Below are positions 58,348 through 64,000 of a stretch of 64,000 bases of DNA, piece after piece. Made by a program: the position numbers and the translations under genes. Source of the DNA: Candidatus Daviesbacteria bacterium. Lineage in GTDB: Bacteria; Patescibacteriota; Microgenomatia; Daviesbacterales; UBA10151. The notes under the pieces are model-generated. The model searched no databases. It was not told where the DNA came from and worked only from the letters and a program-made list of their open reading frames with translations. The stretch lies in assembly GCA_016432425.1 (NCBI GenBank), contig CP066688.1:148368-212367 (forward strand). Direction: 5' to 3'. Every line of letters starts with the position of its first letter. Position 1 is the first letter of the stretch.

Positions 58348-59055
58348 ATGTGGCCCCGTTTACTACCTGTCCTATTAATACTTATTAGTCTTACCTACTC
58401 AGTAGCTAATTTTGCCAGTCTTCGCCGTGAGCTAGCCTACAAATTGGGTATTTCCGGTGATCCCACTACTGCCTGTTGCAAGGTGGATGATATTTTAAAA
58501 TCAGACGGTAGTTTTAATGAAAGTGCGAACCTGGCTATTTTTAATAGCCAACAAGTAGATTATCCCAAAACTTCCCTGGCCTATGGCAGTGATTTTTCCG
58601 ATGACCTCTCCCAAATCTTGGGAACTACTAACTCTAGCGGGGAAGAAAAATGGATTGAAGTTTCCCTCTCAGAGCAACATCTGTGGGCCAGAGAAGGCAA
58701 TAAGGTGGTGATAGATTTTCCCATCTCTTCTGGTAAATGGGCCCCCACCCCAAAGGGTACTTTTAATATTTGGTACAAAACCCGCTATCAAAGCATGATT
58801 GGGGGGAATAAAGATTTGGGGACTTATTATAATCTACCCAATGTCCCTAATAACATGTTTTTCTATCAGGGTTATGCCATCCACGGGGCTTATTGGCACA
58901 ATAACTTTGGCCAACCCATGTCCCATGGTTGCGTCAATTCTCCTCTAAGTAGCGTGGCAGCTTTATTTGAATGGGCAGGCCCCAATGTGCCTCCTAATCA
59001 GAATACTGTTCGGGCCACGGCTGAAAATCCCGGCACCCGAGTTTGGGTCCACTAA
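58348..59055 (+). CDS. L,D-transpeptidase (YkuD family)
   Basis: IEVSLSEQHL, ISSGK..TPKG, HGAYWH...SHGCVN. Confidence 0.9.
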   Translation: MWPRLLPVLLILISLTYSVANFASLRRELAYKLGISGDPTTACCKVDDILKSDGSFNESANLAIFNSQQVDYPKTSLAYGSDFSDDLSQILGTTNSSGEEKWIEVSLSEQHLWAREGNKVVIDFPISSGKWAPTPKGTFNIWYKTRYQSMIGGNKDLGTYYNLPNVPNNMFFYQGYAIHGAYWHNNFGQPMSHGCVNSPLSSVAALFEWAGPNVPPNQNTVRATAENPGTRVWVH

Positions 59056-59066
59056 ATTTTTATTTA

Positions 59067-60032
59067 TTAAGGTTTCTTAATGGGTGTGAGGGGACTCTGG
59101 CCTGAAAGAACAGCAATAATATTTTTGGCAGCTAGTTCTCCCATAGCGGAACGCGCTTCAGTAGTGGCAGAAGCAATGTGGGGAGTTAACACCACATTAG
59201 CTAAATTCTCCAAACCAGGGGAGAGTCGGGGTTCATTTTCAAACACATCTAAAGCCGCTCCTTTAATCACTCCAGATTTTAAACTTTGAGTTAAAGCTAC
59301 CTCGTCAACTACCGGACCCCGGGAGGTGTTTATTAAGTAGGAGGTAGGTTTCATCATTTTGAGCCTTTCGGCGTTAATCAGATGTTTAGTGGAATTAAGT
59401 AGGGGAACATGAATTGAGACTATATCTGAGACTGCCAGTAGTTCTTCAGGTGTGATTTTAAAAATAGCCCCTACTTTAGATTCAAATTCACTATTTTTCT
59501 TAACATCATAATAAGCTACTTCCATACCCACAGCTTTGCCTATTTCTGCCACTCGGGAACCAATTCTCCCCAAACCCAAAATCCCTAAGGTTTTTCCATT
59601 TAGCTCCATCCCTAAAAGCACTGAGGGCCCAAACTCTAAAGTTTGAGAACGGGCTAATTTATCAGCCTCCACAATTCGTCGGCTGATAGCAAAAATTAAA
59701 GCAATAGTGTGTTCTGCCACCGCTTCAGTTAAAACATCCGGGGTATTGGTGGCCACAATATTGTGCGACAAGAGGGCAGGGAGGTCCAAATTATCAAATC
59801 CCACCGCAAAATTGGCTACCACTTTTAAATTTGCTCCGGCAGCGCTGATAAAACTTTCATCCACCTTATCATTAAGTTGGGTGAGTACCCCATCTGCTCC
59901 CTGGATAAAATTTAACAATTCATTGCGGGCCAAAACCCGATCTTGGGGAGATACTGCCACTTCAAAGCCGGCCTCTTGCAGCATCTTAATACCACTACCG
60001 GGAATTTTGCGGGTCACCACCACTTTGGCCAT
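59067..60032 (-). CDS. D-2-hydroxyacid dehydrogenase (glyoxylate reductase-like)
   Basis: AVGFDN, GLGRIG, INTSRGPVVDE, LDVFENEP, TPHIAS. Confidence 0.9.
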   Translation of the reverse strand: MAKVVVTRKIPGSGIKMLQEAGFEVAVSPQDRVLARNELLNFIQGADGVLTQLNDKVDESFISAAGANLKVVANFAVGFDNLDLPALLSHNIVATNTPDVLTEAVAEHTIALIFAISRRIVEADKLARSQTLEFGPSVLLGMELNGKTLGILGLGRIGSRVAEIGKAVGMEVAYYDVKKNSEFESKVGAIFKITPEELLAVSDIVSIHVPLLNSTKHLINAERLKMMKPTSYLINTSRGPVVDEVALTQSLKSGVIKGAALDVFENEPRLSPGLENLANVVLTPHIASATTEARSAMGELAAKNIIAVLSGQSPLTPIKKP

Positions 60033-60034
60033 AA

Positions 60035-60877
60035 TTAAATATTAACAATTTCAGAGAGAGTTTTAAACCGTGTTGGTAAAGTGTCAGAGAAAAACTCTTC
60101 TTGTTTTGTCCCCTGTAAAGTTAACCCTTCTTGCCAAAGGGCCCGGCCAGCCAAAAATCCCCGGGCCCCAGCTTTGGTAGCTACTGCCAGTTGCAATTTA
60201 AATTCTTCAAAACTAACACCACCCGTCAACAGTATCCAGGGGGTCTTTCCCACCAAATGAGAAATTTCCCGGCAGGCATCCTCATCTCCTGGATATTCCA
60301 ATTTCCAAACATCTGGTATTACTCCTACCTCTATAAAAGACCTGACTGATTCAATCACCATCCCAGCTTTTGAATCTACACTCCCGATGTGGAATTGTAC
60401 CTGCACATCGGGAGTGTAAGTTACAATTTCTAAAAAGAAAGGCAAATTATTTTGCTGACAATCTTTTAAAACCTGTTTAGCTGTTTCTAGCTGCACTTTT
60501 GCACTCCCTAATTGAGGATTAAAATAGACCAGTAATTTCGCTCCTGAGGCTCCTAAGTTTTTAACCTGCTCTACAGAATATTCTAATTCCGTAATTCTTT
60601 CTCTCTCCTGATCAAGAAAACCGCTTTTTTCTACAGGAAGCAGAAATGGTTTTAGTTGACAAGCTTCTTTGCAAGCTTCTAGACCAAAACGCTCGTCAAT
60701 CAAAAGCCCACTCATTTCATTGACCAAAGAATTAATGATTTTATTTTTTAGATCAATAATTTGCTCTTCTGTAACCTCCTGGGGGTTTCCCGGATTAACT
60801 ATTTTTTTAAAACTATCCCGATGATCCAAAGCCAACATTAAAAACTTACCGTTTTTTTGGAATTTAATGGTATTCAT
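60035..60877 (-). CDS. LacD-like class I aldolase with an in-frame repeat insertion
   Basis: MLALDHR, GAKLLVYF, DVWKLEYP, WILLTGG, GFLAGRALW. Confidence 0.85.
   Translation of the reverse strand: MNTIKFQKNGKFLMLALDHRDSFKKIVNPGNPQEVTEEQIIDLKNKIINSLVNEMSGLLIDERFGLEACKEACQLKPFLLPVEKSGFLDQERERITELEYSVEQVKNLGASGAKLLVYFNPQLGSAKVQLETAKQVLKDCQQNNLPFFLEIVTYTPDVQVQFHIGSVDSKAGMVIESVRSFIEVGVIPDVWKLEYPGDEDACREISHLVGKTPWILLTGGVSFEEFKLQLAVATKAGARGFLAGRALWQEGLTLQGTKQEEFFSDTLPTRFKTLSEIVNI
60376..60420. repeat. REP-like inverted doublet inside the aldolase gene
   Basis: cactcccgatgtg (60379-60391) and cacatcgggagtg (60404-60416), 12-nt spacer; both cores match the RAYT-flanking core exactly. Confidence 0.9.
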
Positions 60878-61864
60878 TTATATTTCTTGGGCTTGAATTT
60901 TTAAATTAGCTTTTAACTTCTCCTGCATTTTATCATAAGTTAACAGCCCTGCCTGGGGGCCAATCTGCTCAACCACCGAGGCCCCGTTAGCTGCCCCCCA
61001 CCTCATGGCCTCAGCTAAATTTTTACCATAAGATAAGGCTGCACAAACTGCCGTAGCATAAGCATCCCCTGAGCCTGTCATCTCCAAAAGATCTGCCTTA
61101 AATATTCCCAGCTTAAAAAACTTTTCCCCGTCAAACCCGTATGAGCCTTCTGCCCCATCGGTAATAACTGCCATCCTGGGCCCTAAGTCCGCAATGCCTT
61201 TAAGAAGTTTTTTAATCTCCACCTTCCTCCCCTCATCAAAACCTAAAATTAATTTTGCCTCCTCCAGATTAACAATAAAGACTTCTGTTAAAGAGAGTAG
61301 CCTGGCATTTTTCTTCACCCCCAATTTAATTTGGAAAGTGCCCGGGTTAAACAGCAGTTTTGTGCCTGTCCTTTCCAGATAATTTATTAAATCCGGCACT
61401 AAGTTTGACTCAACATAAGTGGGGCCTAAAGAAGTAAAATAAACCCAGCGGGTTTTGTCCAAATCAGGCAGTTGATAGCTCCAGGGCTGGTGATAAATTA
61501 AGATGGTCCTGTCCCCTTTAAAGTTTAAAACAATATGGTGGTTGGAAGGCAGGTTTTTATCATGCATGATATATCTGGTATCTACCTTTTCCAGTTTAAA
61601 TTTAGCCACAATCCGTTGGTCATACTCTTCCTCATCTTTATCACCCACATAGGTAAAAACGGCAGTTTTAAGCCCTAAGCGGGAGGATCCCACCGCATTA
61701 TTGGCAGCATTACCGGCCACCAGGGAGGTAGAGGGCCCAACCGGAATTTTATCCCCATACCTTAAAATCAGCTTTCTTTCTCCCTGCTTTTGCTCCAGCC
61801 GGGCATCCTCCAGCGGGATAAAAGTATCCACCACCGAGTCTCCAATGGAAATTAAGTCAAACAT
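60878..61864 (-). CDS. PfkB-family carbohydrate kinase
   Basis: GNAANNAVGSSRLG, FNPG, ITDGAEGS, TGSGDAY. Confidence 0.9.
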   Translation of the reverse strand: MFDLISIGDSVVDTFIPLEDARLEQKQGERKLILRYGDKIPVGPSTSLVAGNAANNAVGSSRLGLKTAVFTYVGDKDEEEYDQRIVAKFKLEKVDTRYIMHDKNLPSNHHIVLNFKGDRTILIYHQPWSYQLPDLDKTRWVYFTSLGPTYVESNLVPDLINYLERTGTKLLFNPGTFQIKLGVKKNARLLSLTEVFIVNLEEAKLILGFDEGRKVEIKKLLKGIADLGPRMAVITDGAEGSYGFDGEKFFKLGIFKADLLEMTGSGDAYATAVCAALSYGKNLAEAMRWGAANGASVVEQIGPQAGLLTYDKMQEKLKANLKIQAQEI

Positions 61865-61895
61865 GGGTTCTGTATTAAGTATTATGTATTAAGGG

Positions 61896-62114
61896 TTAGG
61901 AATCAAGAGGAACAGCCGAATAGCCTGATTTTTTGATGGTTGCTAAAATTTGCTGCTCATCCAATTTATTGGGATCAAACTCTATCTCAGTTTCCCCTTT
62001 AGCATAACTGGTTTTAGCTGCCTTCACTCCCTCTAAATCCTCTAAGTTCATATCAATGGTTAAGGCACAGGATGAGCAGTGCATATCTGTAATTTTAAAT
62101 TTCTTTTTAATCAT
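61896..62114 (-). CDS. Heavy-metal-associated (CopZ-like) chaperone
   Basis: DMHCSSC metal-binding motif, 72 aa. Confidence 0.9.
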   Translation of the reverse strand: MIKKKFKITDMHCSSCALTIDMNLEDLEGVKAAKTSYAKGETEIEFDPNKLDEQQILATIKKSGYSAVPLDS

Positions 62115-63130
62115 ATGACCTCTATCACCCCCCGATACATTCCCATAGAACAGCTAAAGGGAATCTGGCCTTTTTGTGTGGGGGTGAAAGCAACCAATTG
62201 AGTATCATTAGGCTGTAAATTCCTGTTGATACCTAAAGAGGGAATCCTAAAAGATAAAGCACAGCTGTAAGCATTAACACTCTTCAAAGTTAAATTCACA
62301 GCTTCCCCTGCCTTTACCCTAACATAATTAGGGCCATAGCCAGAAGAAGTAATGAGTATTTGTGGGTTTTGGGTAACAGGGATATTGGTTTGAGTATTGC
62401 CTCCTGTATACCCACCATTACCACTCAAATCTACTGTAATAGAGGGCAAACTAATGGGTGAGCCTGCAGCCACTAAAGCCCCATTGGCTGAAATAATCCC
62501 TAAATAAAGCACCAGTAACCCGGCCAGCCTTAAAAACCTGCCCTGGAAATTATCACCTAAAATTGTGGTTAAAAAACCTACCCCAAAAAATAAAGGCATA
62601 GTGCCTAAAACAAAAGCAGCCATAATAGCAGCACCCCAAAAAGCATTGGCAGAGGAAATGGCCAAAGTCTCCATGGCCAACGTTGTGCCGCAGGGAATAA
62701 AGATAGTCATTGCTCCCAAAAAGGCCGGAGCAAAAATTTCCCTGCTTCTGGCCTGGTTTCTGACCATTTTGGTTAAAAACCTGGGCGGCTGGATAAGCGC
62801 ATATCTAAAAATAGGGTGAACTTTTAATAAATCTAAAGCTATAGCAATCATATACAGCCCGGCTATAAGCTGCATGAAAATCTGCACATTTGAGCTGATA
62901 TTTAAAGCCCCTCCAAAAGATCCCAGGATAAAACCTAAGATGGTATAAGCTGCTAACTTTGCAAGAAGAAAAGCAACGGTGGCAAAAATAGTATGTTTTC
63001 TCCTGCTGCCGCCTTCCAAGTCCTCCTCTTCCCTGACAGCAATGGTAGAGGCCAAAAGCCCTCCCTGCACAGCCAGACAAGTCAGCCCTCCCACAGTTAA
63101 ACCGGTTATAAAGATTAGCCAAAGATCCAT
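62111..63130 (-). CDS. DsbD_2/TauE-like membrane protein with C-terminal cupredoxin-like domain
   Basis: TCLAVQGG, IPCG in TM region; C-terminal FSCSMGMYRG. Confidence 0.8.
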   Translation of the reverse strand: MDLWLIFITGLTVGGLTCLAVQGGLLASTIAVREEEDLEGGSRRKHTIFATVAFLLAKLAAYTILGFILGSFGGALNISSNVQIFMQLIAGLYMIAIALDLLKVHPIFRYALIQPPRFLTKMVRNQARSREIFAPAFLGAMTIFIPCGTTLAMETLAISSANAFWGAAIMAAFVLGTMPLFFGVGFLTTILGDNFQGRFLRLAGLLVLYLGIISANGALVAAGSPISLPSITVDLSGNGGYTGGNTQTNIPVTQNPQILITSSGYGPNYVRVKAGEAVNLTLKSVNAYSCALSFRIPSLGINRNLQPNDTQLVAFTPTQKGQIPFSCSMGMYRGVIEVI

Positions 63131-63143
63131 TTTAAATATTATA

Positions 63144-64000
63144 CTAAATACAACAGCTTAATTTGGATATGTCCTTGGTAAATGAAAGCGCTGCAATCTT
63201 GATGCTCTCAGAAAGGGTGGGAAACATAGGCAGTGAGGTTACCACATCATCAATGGTATTTTTATTTTTAATAAGCCATATTGCTTGAGCAATCAATTCT
63301 CCTGCATTAGGTGCTAAAATATGGACTCCAAGAATTACTTTTGTTTCAGGGTGGATAACCATTTTAATTAAGCCTTCTGTACGGTTCATGATAATGGCTT
63401 TTGGTACATCGGCAAAAGAAACAGTGCGGCATAAGCATCTTCCTAATTGCTTAACCTCCTGTTCCTCAGTAAGTCCTACTCCTGCAAGCTGTGGGTCAGT
63501 AAAGATTGTCCAAGGGACAGTATTATAATCAATACTATTTTGAGTATTATTTAATGCATTATCAACTGCTAAGGTACCTTCTCGTCCTGCTGTTGGTTCT
63601 TGTCTGATAGACAGATTTATTACATCACCCACTGCATAAATATGAGGTTGAGAAGTTTGAAATTGTGGGCTTACTTTAATGGCCTGTTTCTCATCAATCT
63701 CCACTCCTGCTTTATCAAGGGCTAATCTTTTGGTATTTGGAGTTTTACCTGTTGCAAGCAGTATCTCATCTGCTTGAACCTGCTCTTGTTTATCTCCTAT
63801 CATGTAGGTGAGGATTTTCTTGCTACCTTCTTTTCTAGCAGATTTGACTTGAATATCGGTCTTAATGATTATTCCTTCTTTGGTAAGTATCTCTGCAAGT
63901 CTATTAGTTAATTCTCTTTCAGCTGGAGGGAAGATAGAAACATTTCTTTGTAAGATGGCAACTTTCGTCCCAAATCTGGCATACATTTGGGCAAATTCTA
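63144..64000 (-). CDS. Mercuric-reductase-like pyridine nucleotide-disulfide oxidoreductase, 5' end beyond the window
   Basis: ATGKTPN, IYAVGD, IFTDPQLAGVG, FPTLSE, C-terminal KLSCCI vicinal cysteines. Confidence 0.75.
   Translation of the reverse strand, partial: EFAQMYARFGTKVAILQRNVSIFPPAERELTNRLAEILTKEGIIIKTDIQVKSARKEGSKKILTYMIGDKQEQVQADEILLATGKTPNTKRLALDKAGVEIDEKQAIKVSPQFQTSQPHIYAVGDVINLSIRQEPTAGREGTLAVDNALNNTQNSIDYNTVPWTIFTDPQLAGVGLTEEQEVKQLGRCLCRTVSFADVPKAIIMNRTEGLIKMVIHPETKVILGVHILAPNAGELIAQAIWLIKNKNTIDDVVTSLPMFPTLSESIKIAALSFTKDISKLSCCI

Noticed and set aside
710-63161. The many short ORFs of 60-170 aa overlapping long genes (e.g. 3563..3820, 16701..17036, 52786..53229, 55211..55726)
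   Set aside because: Antisense or off-frame shadows of well-supported genes, with no recognisable motifs.

Overview
Low-GC, gene-dense bacterial window, mostly on the minus strand. Short TsaB, many GT-C glycosyltransferases, a Pro-rich membrane protein, NrdJ and apparently leaderless genes suggest Patescibacteria/CPR, probably Microgenomates (inference). Bases 1-25000 hold a large surface-glycan locus (GT2/GT4, 8 GT-C-type membrane proteins, Wzx flippase, rmlABC). Bases 25000-46700 are housekeeping and cell-envelope genes (tsaB, prfB, ftsEX plus an M23 protein, tsaE, secA, serS, lysS, greA). Then come tRNA-Glu(CTC) with a small repeat-flanked islet, hppA, lon, cobO, a RAYT-type HUH transposase, nrdJ, a cyclophilin, an L,D-transpeptidase, a sugar kinase/aldolase cluster and a heavy-metal cluster. 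Main finding: the RAYT gene is flanked by a 13-bp quasi-palindromic core (CACWYCNGGAGTG) that recurs at six loci, four of them as doublets with an exact 12-bp spacer. Two doublets lie inside unrelated genes (tsaB and an aldolase) in the same orientation and frame, giving both the peptide TYTP(G/D)VQVQ. Also notable: a circularly permuted M23 peptidase after ftsEX, a 64-bp identical tract in two GT2 paralogs, and a structured intergenic element after secA. All calls come from reading the sequence; no searches were run.
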